The notes beneath the pieces were generated by a model. That model was not told the origin of the DNA and ran no database searches. It worked only from the letters and a program-made list of their open reading frames with translations. This document shows, piece after piece, positions 45,100 to 55,132 of a stretch of DNA of 55,132 bases. Position 1 is the first letter of the stretch; each line of letters begins with the position of its first letter. The translations under genes and the position numbers were made by a program. This DNA is from Folioceros fuciformis (Eukaryota), in contig JBNGIO010006348.1 in the NCBI GenBank assembly GCA_049999805.1, positions 161,554 to 216,685 of the forward strand, read 5' to 3'.

Positions 45100-45770
45100 C
45101 TTGAAGATCCCTGAAGACCTCTCAATACAAGGACGTATATGAGTACACATCATACAAGTAATATATGCATAATAATTTATACAAAATACNNNNNNNNNNG
45201 TACACATCATACAAGTAATATATGCATAATAATTTATACAAAATACGGTGTGAAGATTCCCGAAGACCTCTCAATACAAGGACGTATATAAGTATAAGGT
45301 ATATAAGTAATATATGCATAGTAATTTATGTACAATACAACCTCAAGATCCTTCAAGACCTCTCAATACAATTTATACACAATACACCCTAAAGATCCCA
45401 AAGTGGGGGGTATTTTCTATGATTGAAAAAGAGATGGAAAGTCCCATCTACTCCAAAGATTGGAGGAATAACTCTATTAGGGCCAAAGGCAATAACTCTA
45501 TTAGGGCCAAAGGCAAAAAAGGTACTCTGTCCTGCGAATATCATTTTCAAAAATTACCTACTCCCAAAATATCATGATATGGAATAACAAAAGACCTACC
45601 TACCACTCGTGTGCCGAAGAAGCCGCTTGACCTGTGAAGACTTCTCAATACGAGGGACATATATAAGTACAAAGTATACAAGTAATACATGCATAGTAAT
45701 TAATATATAGTACACCTTGAAGATCCCCAAAGACCTCTAAATACAAGGGATGTATGTAAGTACATCCTCA
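45100..45770. repeat. Degenerate AT-rich ~85-90-bp repeats (TGAAGATCCCYGAAGACCTCTCAATACAAGGACGTATAT...), with a gap and an inserted CRE-like tail
   Basis: Unit starts near 45102, 45251, 45343, 45634 and 45718; 10-N gap at 45190-45199. Confidence 0.8.
45412..45632 (-). mobile_element. Fragment D: isolated 3' tail of the CRE-like element
   Basis: Colinear with 11602-11805 (ATTTTCTAT..TTGAAAAAGAGATG.AAAGTCCCATCTACTCCAAAGATTGGAG...GGAATAACAAAAG..CTAC.TACCA); contains a 21-bp internal duplication. Confidence 0.7.
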
Positions 45771-46099
45771 ATATATTGTACATAGAAGGGACCATAAATG
45801 CACGTTAGAATATAGCACATATTTAAATGAAAATGCATTCAAGGTAAGGGAAAGGCCTTAACTGAAGGTAAAATGATGGTTAACATGTTTGGAACCAAAC
45901 CTAAAAATATGTAAGATTATTACAAATGTGTGTAACACTTAATGATGTTTTGGTGATAATAGTATGTAACCTTTTTTGTTACACTATGTTACAGTTTTTG
46001 GTGGGTGACATGGAACATAGTATAACTAATATTGTTATAAACTATGACAAGCTTCTAGGAAAAGTGTTACAACATCTAATAAACTCTTAAACCCTTAAC

Positions 46100-46470
46100 C
46101 CTAAAAATTTGTTAAGAAAGATGTAGCAAACCACCCCATATTCTAGAAGTGGTTAATGGAGAACATGGGGAGCTCTAAGGAATGGTACTAGCACTATCAC
46201 ACCATGGGACAACAATGACGACCAAATGGGCCTAGATAGTGCGAATTTTCGAAGGTGAACTATAACATTTGGCCCATTGTAGATGGGCAACCTCAATAGG
46301 TGTTTGCTATAGGAACAACAACCTCCGATAAAAGACTTAACAACTAGTAGCTAGTCTAGAAGACCTAGTAATTATCTAGACAAAGATAAAAGCCGCTTTC
46401 AATATGAAGAAGAGGATGGAGTAACTGCCGTCCCAACTCGCAAGCTGCAATGACCAAGAGCAATTCACAA
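46100..46470 (-). mobile_element. Possible very decayed reverse-transcriptase remnant of a CRE-like element
   Basis: Across frameshifts the minus strand gives SRL..VVKS..GG..PIA..EV...YLGP.FG, resembling the SRLLAL.K..GG.RPIA.GE...P.QFGV RT start. Weak. Confidence 0.3.
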
Positions 46471-46471
46471 T

Positions 46472-46890
46472 GGTGGGCTTTAGTCCAAGACAAGTTGGGA
46501 CGGCAGCAATGTCGAGGGAAGCCCATAGATAGAGGCAGAGTGAGGCCGCTAGCAGTTTAGCCTATTACGGTGAGTAGCTGCACGATGAGGTGGGTAGGGT
46601 GGGAGCTTAGGTGGGCTTTAGTCCAAGACAAGTTGGGACGGCGGCAATGTCGAGGGAAGCCCATAGGTAGAGGTAGAGTGAGGCCGCTAGAAGTTCAGCC
46701 TATTACGGTGAGTAGCTGCACGATGAGGTAGGTAGGGTGGGAGCTTAGGTGGGCTTTATTAGTCCAAGACAAGTTGGGATGGCGGCAATGTTGAGGGAAG
46801 CCCATAGATAGAGGCAGAGTGAGGCCGCTAGCAGTTCAGCCTACTACGGTGAGTAGCTGCACGATGAGGTGGGTAGGGTGGGAGCTTAGG
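46472..46890. repeat. 138-bp tandem repeat, 3 copies
   Basis: GGTGGGCTTTAGTCCAAGACAAGTTGGGA... starts at 46472, 46610 and 46748; copies are highly similar. Confidence 0.93.
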
Positions 46891-47099
46891 TTTGCAGCGA
46901 ATTCCCGCAATTCGATTGCACTTGCGAGTGGGGAGGGGATGGGTTTTGTCAATTGGGGGGGGTGAAGGTTGAGACCTATGGCCACTATCCAAGCATTTCC
47001 AACCATGGAGAGAGCAGGGTCAGAGCTCGAAGCAACTCCCCTTGGCAAGCAAAGGGAGACGGGGAGTGGAGAGGCACACCAGGAGGTAATGGTGAGGTG

Positions 47100-48560
47100 A
47101 CTCCCAGGCCTATGAAGGTTGCCCTCTAGGCCTTGCTACAAGCCCTTACGGAGAAGAGGGGCAAGGGATGACAACCTAGATGCCGTCGTCCCCTTCCATG
47201 TAGGGGGGGCACCCCAAGAGCTAGCAAGGGGGCAGGCGTATGGTAGGGCCACGGTGGCTTGGAGGTTGTAGTGGCCTTATTGCTCGGGAAAGGTAGTCTC
47301 CATAGCCAAAAGGTGGGCACGGGGGGAGCGGTCCCCCCCCCTCGGGCCACAAGGCTATTCCTACCTTGCAAGTTACAAGGGACATCCCCTCCAGTCAACC
47401 CTGGCATGGAGGGGGTGATGACGGCCTTAGGGCTGGTGTTGCCTTTTAGGGTAAGGAGGTGTAGCCTCCCGAGCTAGCTTATGCATGGGGCAAGGCCACA
47501 GCGACCTTGGGACTTCCATGGCCATCCAACTAGGGCAAGGCAACCCCTAGAGCTTATAGGGAGGCGATGGTGGCCTTAGAGCTGCCGTCGCCTTGTATGC
47601 TTGCGAAGGCAACATCCCAAGCCAACACAAAAGAATGTGGCATGCCCCAAGGCTAGCATCGCCTCCCCTCGTGTCGCCATGGCCTTATAGGTAGGGGAAG
47701 GTAGCCCCCAAAGCTTGCAGGCAATGGTAGCCTTGCTGCTATCGCTGCCTCGTAGGCTCGGGAAGGCAACCCCCAGAGCTTGCAGGCAAAGGTAGCCTTG
47801 CAGTTGTCGCCACCTTGCTGGCTTGGGAAGGTAGGCCCATGAGCCAACGTGGGGGTGTGGGGCAAGACCATGGTGGCCCTAATGCTGCCATGGTCTTATG
47901 AGTAGGGAAAGCTAACCCTTGAAGCCTTGTAGGGTAGCACCGGGGACGCAGTGTTGGCCAGAGGTTGCTATTGTCTTGTAGATGGGGAGGGGTAGCCCCT
48001 TCAAATAGTAGGTTGGTACGAAAGGAGGCAATGGTGAACCTATGGCCACCATTGACGTGCAAGCTTGGCATGGCAGCCCCCCGGAGCTTATAGCGGGGCA
48101 TGAGGGAAGGCAGTGGCAGCCAAAAGGCCGCCATTGCCTTGCACTCTCAAAGGGGCAGCCCCTCTAGCTAGTAGGGTGGTGGAGGGGGTGGCAACCTGAT
48201 GAAGTATAGTGCAAGTGTCGGGCGAGGCTATGGCGGCCTCAACATGGCCTTGCAATTAGTAGGAGGCAGCCCCTAGAACTTGGAGGGGGGCAAGGGGGGA
48301 GGGGATGGGGCTGTCATCCCCTTGCAAGATGGGAGAGGTAGCCCCCTTGGCCACCACGGGGATGGTAGCAATGTGCGCACTATTACCCTGCATCTTAGGG
48401 AGGGTATGATGACCTTGTGGACCAAGCATTACAAGCCCCGAAGTAAGAGGTGGAGGAGGGGAGCTTGTGGAAGGGGAGCTAGAGGGCTTGGGTGGAGAAT
48501 AAGAGGTTGTTGCATAGGTAGGTGTGGGGTGAAATATTGCACCCGGGGTGCTGCGAGGTC
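47100..48560. repeat. Ancient, decayed G-rich repeat (GGCARCCCCYAGAGCTT...GGCAATGGTGGCCTT)
   Basis: The motif recurs many times with irregular spacing (e.g. ~47538, ~47700, ~47765, ~48072, ~48153, ~48265). Confidence 0.5.
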
Positions 48561-50062
48561 CACACAAACCCTCTTTGTCGTTATAGCACTGGGATTTGAC
48601 CCCAAGGGAATGATTTGTGTCCAACTACACAGGTTTCCTCTCAAAATAAGTTACTACCTTAAGGGCACCTAACTCCTCAGGACCCTCACTTTTCACGCCC
48701 CAACTACCCAAGTCATACCTGGATGCTCCTACTCTCCCTGACTCCCTGACAACCCCAGCTCCGGCCACTCCTTCAACCACCTCGACCACTCCGTCGCCCT
48801 TACGACTACTTCTGCTCAAGACTACCTCCGTTTCCCTCCGGACAACCCCCATTCCCCTCTGGGTAGCGGTCGCCCATTCGGCTACCTCAATGGGTTCCAC
48901 TTTCTCTCTCCTTCTCTTTCTCTCTCTCAATCGCTCCCTCTCTCCTCTAACCTGGGTTTACCCTCTGATACTTACTTTACCAGTCCTTGCCTTCCAAACC
49001 GCCAGCAACTTACCTCCAATCGCGCTCACCTACGAACTCACCGACCTCCGCCCTTACTCGCTAGCCCTCTAGCGCCTCGACTGAAACGCACCAGCGTTCG
49101 TCATGCACACATCTGCACTCAGAGAGTCGCGAAGGGACCTTTGGCAGTACAGTCCCCAATCTATTCACGTAACCTAAGCCCAAACCCAGGCCGTTTTGCT
49201 CTTAATTGTCTTTCAGTTACACACGCGCCAGGGTCTTATCGGCGCTCGATCTCTTCAACTTAGTGACTCCTCTTTCATGGTTCCTCTTTCCCTCATACTC
49301 CAGGCACTTGCCTTTGGATCGCAGCACCCTCTCCGCGACGCCGCCAACATTCCCCTGTTTAATTATAGTCTCCAGTCCACTCCTCCCTCACATGGGTCTG
49401 GGTGGCTTCCACCATGCAGCCATCTCGTATTTCTACCACCACTCTTCACCTCTCACATATACACCCCCAGTCGCGCGGTCCTGTCCTGACGACCGTTCAA
49501 TGTCACGCACTTACATTCGCTGCCTCTCTTGATCTTGCTTCTTCACTTGTTCACATTTTCTCGACTTCATACTCAGTCCTACCCCCCCTCCTGGGCCTTC
49601 TCCTATGGAATTAAGGAATGCTGAAACATCGGGGCTAAGGGAAGGGATACCCACTTCCACTCCGAACTCGCGAATTCAGCCCCGACGTCTTCACCACTCC
49701 ATGTGATCGCCCCGAGGATAGCTGGGGAGCTCGTCTCCCACTCGGCGAGGTTCCACCTCCCGATTCGTCCCTTGGCTCGATCACGGAGCATCCACCACCT
49801 GCACCCACACCTCCTGATTGCTACGTGCGCGCGCTTGCCTGGACCTTCTGTCTAGCAACGGCCATCGCTAGACTCCTGCAAGGTTGGGTGGTTGGGCTGA
49901 TTTTTGCTAATTTCCCAGGGCCTCAAACTGGCCTCTTATACACGGTGGTGGCGGTCTTTCCGCTATAAAGTCTGTCAGGGGTCAGTCGGCGCTCTTAAAT
50001 TCCAAGCGGCTCAGGTCCATGTAAAAGCATTCCAAAAAGAACACTATCCTAGCCTGCAATTA

Positions 50063-52760
50063 CTATCGCCTCTCTCCACGCCACTGGCACCTTCCCCCCT
50101 GTCTGCGTCCGCCTCTTCTCACTGGTCCCCCTCTTGCTCTCCTACCCCTCCGTTGATCGGGCAGATCTTCCCATTGGATCTCTACGTCACTACTGCTACT
50201 GGACCTTTCCGGCGGTGGCATAGGTGGGCCCCGCCGCTGAGAACCACTGTTCCCCCTCCTCCTCTGGTTATTGAGGATAGCAACAGGCTCCCGTTCTACC
50301 CATCGTTGGGCCTCTTCTTCCGTCAGCTCCTCTAGGACTGCCTCCACGTAGCAATGGGGCAGGCCTGTCATCCACAAGCTGTAGCGGTAGAGTCCCTTGT
50401 GGGTCCTCAGATGCAGGCCGTAGCCCCGCGTCCCTCGTGTGCCCATACGTACATACAGAAACAGTTTAAGAACTCTGGCCCCTTCCACATAAAGACCTGG
50501 CACATAGGAAGCCTCCTCCTCATACTGCAGCACAACCCGACCTTTTGTCATAAAGGAGGTGCTTACCCCTTCCTCCCTTGGGCTACCGTGGGCTGTCTGC
50601 TCCCCATCTTACTGGGGTACCTGAAGGTCCTTCATCCGTCCAGCTGTTGCTTCCTCCGGCTCTGTCCTTCTGGTGCGGATCAATCTCCTGGAGCGCCTAA
50701 GCTCAAGCGCCTTCGCTGTTTCTTCCTTGGTTCCCAGGGCTGGTCCCTTGGCTACTCTGGGCTCAACCGGGCTACTAGTAGCCTTGGCGACTACTCGGCT
50801 ACCGGTAGTCCGCTCGACTACCGGTTCCCCTGCTCTATTACCGGTAGCCCCTTCAGCTACCGGGGTCGCTGGTTGACTTGGGCACCCAACCTTACCCTTC
50901 CCCTTCACTCTCTCTCTGGCTTCGTCTCGCTCCCGCTTGTACTTGTCAGCCAGCTTTTGGGCCTGTTCCACGGCTGCTACCTCCAACTCCTGCGCCCTGG
51001 CCATCTCCTGTTGTATCTCCAGGTTAGTCTCATGGGCCTCCCTCACCTGAGCTAGTAGGATCCCCTGTTGCTCCCTTAGCGCTTGGACCTCGACCTTCGC
51101 CTGGCGTGCCTCTTCCTCAGCTTGTGCCCTCTCCTTATCCAGGACTCGCTGTCTCTCCTCCAGCAGTTGCCGCGCCGACTCCAATGTTGCCAGTAGCCTC
51201 CGGGCTTCAGCCTCCTGCTGGCATGCCTCTGCTTCCTTCCCTCGGGCCTTGGCTTCCCGTTCCACCTGCACACTCAGCCAAGTCATTGCCCTAGCAGCCT
51301 GGTCCAGGAGATCTGCTTGGACCTATACCATCGCGGCAGTCAGCCTTGGCAGATCCACCTCCTGCGTTTCTCCAACAGTCATTCCTCTTGCCGTAATCTG
51401 CTTGCCCAGAAACTCCCTTAGCTTCTCCAGGTCTCCCACCTGCAGCCTATCCTTCTGAGGAATGCTCCTGAAGATTTCCTCCCATCCTGAAAAAGCTCCT
51501 TGCGTCGAAACGTGCCCTAATTCACTCTCATGCCTGGGAGGAATTAACTCGGCGGCTAACGTCTGCTCCTGAGACTCCTCCACCCCTGCTTCATCCTGCC
51601 CCTGCTCCTCCAGTCCTTGATCCGTGACTCCCTGTTCAGCGAGCTCCTGTTTTACCTCCTGTTCCTGTACAGCCCGCTCCTCTATTTGACCTTCGATTCA
51701 CTCCAGGGCTGTCTCCGATGTCTTCGGCCTACTCCCTCCTCTCATGCTCTGCCCGCTGACCCATCTCCTCTTGGCAAGGGTCTTCCTCTGAGCTGCTGTC
51801 CTCTTCTTAGGCCTGACGGGAACCTCTCCCTCCCAGCTGTCCCCACTCCCCGATACCCAACTGCTGGAGTCAGCCTTCACTGGCTCAGCAGGCTTCCATT
51901 TTACATCCCTGATTGGCCTCCACATGTGCAGTGAAGCCAACACCTCCAGTTTCAACACCAGATTAGCATAACTTTAAATATGCACTAGAAACGGGGAAAT
52001 CATCGGGGGCTGAGGAGAGGGCAGGGTCAGATTCTGCCTCTCCTCGTCCATCCTGGGATACAGAATTTTTCCCCAATCAATCCTGGTCCCCTTCACTACC
52101 TCATGCACAAACAGGAGCATCTAGTCAGACAGATAATCCTGTTTGCAAACCTGGAGAAAACTAAGAAACCACCTGGCTAGACCCATTAGCTGCGGGCTCG
52201 CCATGTCGCGAACCAACCATCCGTTAGCCTCCTTCTTCGTGCCTGGTTTGAGCAGTCCTTTAGCGTCTCCTGTACCTCGCCATTTCCTCAGGGACTCCAG
52301 CACCAATCCTCTCTCTTCTCGCTGGTCACGGCCATACACCCTCCTCACTAGCTCCAGGTTCCACCCCTGCGGTCTACCTCTGATCCCCTTCTCACGGACA
52401 AGTTCTTTCAACCTCAGGGTGCACTCCTTGACCAACTGTGGCGCTGCATGGTTCCACTTCTGGGTCATGAAACCCATACCCAATTCATCCACCAGCCCTC
52501 CTGCTCTGACCCTCCAGTGCTCCATGTTGGGCCACAGGAGTAGGTCGATCCGGGGAACAAAAGGTTCCCCCTCCTGCTCAGGTACTGTCACTCCAGGCAG
52601 CAGTTCAGGGCGTGACCTCATCCTGCCAACCTCCTCCTCGTGCTCCGGCTTCTGCGGTCCCTCCTCTCTCTCGCTACTTGCCTCGGCCCGTCCTGTTGCC
52701 TCAGCGTCTGCTTCCCTTCCAACCGCCTTCACGCTCCCGGGTTACTGCCCTTCACGTTTC
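50063..52760 (-). mobile_element. Decayed accessory ORF(s) of a probable Gypsy-type LTR retrotransposon (mobile-domain-like N-part plus coiled coil)
   Basis: ORF segments 52121-52732, ~51960-52120 (IDWGKILY...SPFLVHI), 51323-51583 and 50609-51286 (E/Q/R-rich coiled coil), separated by stops. Intronless and strongly purine-skewed; resembles extra ORFs of seed-free-plant LTR elements. No gag-pol is visible. Confidence 0.5.
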
Positions 52761-52947
52761 AAATACTAACTTAATTCCCCTCCAAACTTCCCTTTAGGGT
52801 TTTTATACTGGCCATTTTCTTCTCTCACTACTGCCAGTTGGACTACCACCAGTCACCCTTTTCGCGATGGTTGCCTCGCTGGCCACCGTTGCCCAGTCAC
52901 CTCAACCCAACCTTTGTCCTAAATCCACAACTAGCTAGCCCCCTTCC

Positions 52948-53047
52948 NNNNNNNNNNNNNNNNNNNNNNNNNNNNNNNNNNNNNNNNNNNNNNNNNNNNN
53001 NNNNNNNNNNNNNNNNNNNNNNNNNNNNNNNNNNNNNNNNNNNNNNN
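52948..53047. other. Assembly gap (100 N); other 10-N gaps at 12857-12866, 33893-33902 and 45190-45199
   Basis: Runs of N in the sequence. Confidence 0.99.
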
Positions 53048-53229
53048 AGGCCCAAGGACACCCTTACTCACTCACTTCCAGATCGTGGTCTTCGGTATCC
53101 CAAACACCCAAAGACCAAGGCCATTTTTGTGTATGAATACCCCTATCTTATTCACATACTAAGCCGATTTGCCCGTTCCTTCACACAAAAGAGTCATCTA
53201 GAGTCATCTTACAGGTGTCAAAGGTGGAG

Positions 53230-54982
53230 TGGGAGCATGCTCCGTAGTGCCAAGTGTAGTGAAAGAAAATCTTTTGAATGGAGCAAAGGCGAAGGTGATA
53301 TCTTCATGCATTGCATCAACACATCAATCTGGTACCTCGAGTTCTCAGCAAACCACAGTGGAGAAGGCATGGGAGCTACCACGAAGAAAGCTAGTAGAGT
53401 TCTCAGCAAACCACAGTGGAGAAGGCGTAGGAGCTACCACGAAGAAAGCTAGTAGATACAGCTATGGTGAGGTGCTTTTATCCATACGGGTTATCATTCA
53501 ACCTTGCATGGTCTCCCTTCTTCAGTGCCATGGTCACTGCAATTGCCAACATAGGTAACTCGTATAAGCCCCCAAACTTCAACGCTTTGCAAACTACACT
53601 ACTGGATGAGGAAAAGGCCACTGTCGAAGAGAAGTTTGAAACGTCAAAGCCTCTAGAACATTTGGTTGCTCAATCTTAAGCAATGGTTGGAGTGACAGAC
53701 AAAACCGGCCATTGGTGAATGTGTTAGTGGCCTCGCGGCAAGGGAATGTATTTCTTAGAGCGGAGGACACATCAAGGCATGAGAAAACGGCTTTGTTCCT
53801 TGCAAACCTATTTTGGCAAGCAATTGATGTGGTAGGCCGTAAGAATGTGATTCATGTGGTTACAGACTCTGCAACAAATTGTAAACGTACTGGACAGATG
53901 ATTGAAGCACAATATCCTAGCATTGTTTGGACACCTTGCTCGGCTCACATCCTCGACTTACTCCTTGAATCAATGAACAACATCAATTGGATACAACCCA
54001 TCATTCACCAAGCTCGACAAGTGGTTCAATTCATCACTACCCATCATGCTCCCTTGGCTATGTTTCGACAAGTGGTTCAATTCATCACTACCCATCATGC
54101 TCCCTTGGCTATGTTTCGACAAGGTTCAATTCATCACTACCCATCATGCTCCCTTGGCTATGTTTCGACGCACTTAACTGAAGAGGTGTTGAAGCGTGTA
54201 GCTTCTAGATTTGCTACGCATCATATATGCTTACAATATCTCTCAAGTTAAGAACAGTCTGCATCATATATGCTTACAATATCTCTTAACTTTTGCTACG
54301 CATCATATATGCTTACAATATCTCTTACAATATCTCTCAAGTTAAGAACAGTCTCCAGGAAACCAGGAAACCATGGTGAGCGAGTCTTGGGAAGCTTGGA
54401 GGCCTTCTAGCTCAAGAGCTTTGGAGCTTAAAGGTCAAGTGATAATAGATGTTATGGATGATAGTATGTGGGTAGGAATAAAGGCTGTCTTCTCCATCAT
54501 TGCACCCTTTGTACAGTTATTGAGGCTTGTTGATGGGGCAGGTTAGGTCATGGGGCAAATCTATCCAACCATGGTGGCAGCACGTAAAGAGGTGTTCAAC
54601 TTGTCTCAGTAAAGAGGTGTTCAACTTGTCTTCGGTTCTGGGGCATGCTAAGACAAGTGAATTTTGGCAATCATTGACACGAAAGTATCAGGGGGATGGC
54701 CAAGAAACAAACGTAGCAATCGTGTCAAGTCTACATACATACTTGGATGCAATCATGGGTGTAGCAATTGTAGCAATTGAGGTTTTTGAGTATTGTCTCT
54801 TCACGGTGATATATTTATCATTTATTAATTATTTTATTATATACTTAATGGTCCATATTTTATTACATACTTAATGGTCTGTTTGAGGGTTTTAAGTATA
54901 ACAACGTATTGAGAATATACGCATAAAATTTGTAGTACCATACTCTGTACATTCCGCAAATTTTACGAACCGGGTAACTATG
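53230..54982 (+). mobile_element. hAT DNA transposon remnant (DUF659-type transposase pseudogene)
   Basis: FY..GLSFNL..SP.F..M...YKPP....L.T.LL, GCSILSNGWSD.QNRPLVN, AIDVVG.KNV.HVVTD.A.NC, WTPC.AH.LDL.LE and RFATH. Possible right TIR CCGGGTAACTATG at 54970-54982. Confidence 0.85.
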
Positions 54983-55132
54983 GCTAGAGACAACAACGGC
55001 AAGTGTGTGTGGCTTGGTGGGTGGGGGATTTATCCAGAGGGCTTCAAATCATGTCCATGTGCATGTCCATGTGCAAGTGTAGCCGGAAGGGGAGATGAGA
55101 CGCAATATGGAGTTAGCTCGGCCCAGGAGGTG

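Noticed and set aside
45085-46100. 3' LTR of Copia-2
   Set aside because: No sequence matching the region upstream of the PBS at 37325 was found; the element is truncated in RNase H.

Overview
Eukaryotic nuclear DNA from a land plant, most likely seed-free (fern, lycophyte or hornwort). This is inferred from the WW-type PPR editing factors and short GT-AG introns. The left 36 kb is gene-rich. It holds the last exon of a DUF2431/BMT5-like gene, a 6-exon biotin synthase (BIO2), a probably frameshifted RING gene, two very long paralogous PLS-class PPR genes built from exact 312-bp P-L-S units and ending in a DYW-less WW-type E+ tail, a third divergent PLS PPR head-to-head with one of them, a 4-exon N-acylated FQR1/WrbA-like quinone reductase and a 5-exon CYP71-clan P450. 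Transposons are interspersed and dominate the right side: a decayed Copia, a chromodomain Gypsy whose LTRs end in AG...CT instead of TG...CA, a second Copia split by a nested gag+protease-only (TR-GAG-like) element with a 5-bp TSD, several fragments of a CRE-like (REL endonuclease) non-LTR element linked to minisatellites and telomere-like repeats, an LTR-retrotransposon accessory-ORF remnant and a hAT transposase remnant. All calls come from reading the sequence; no database searches were run. There are four N-gaps.
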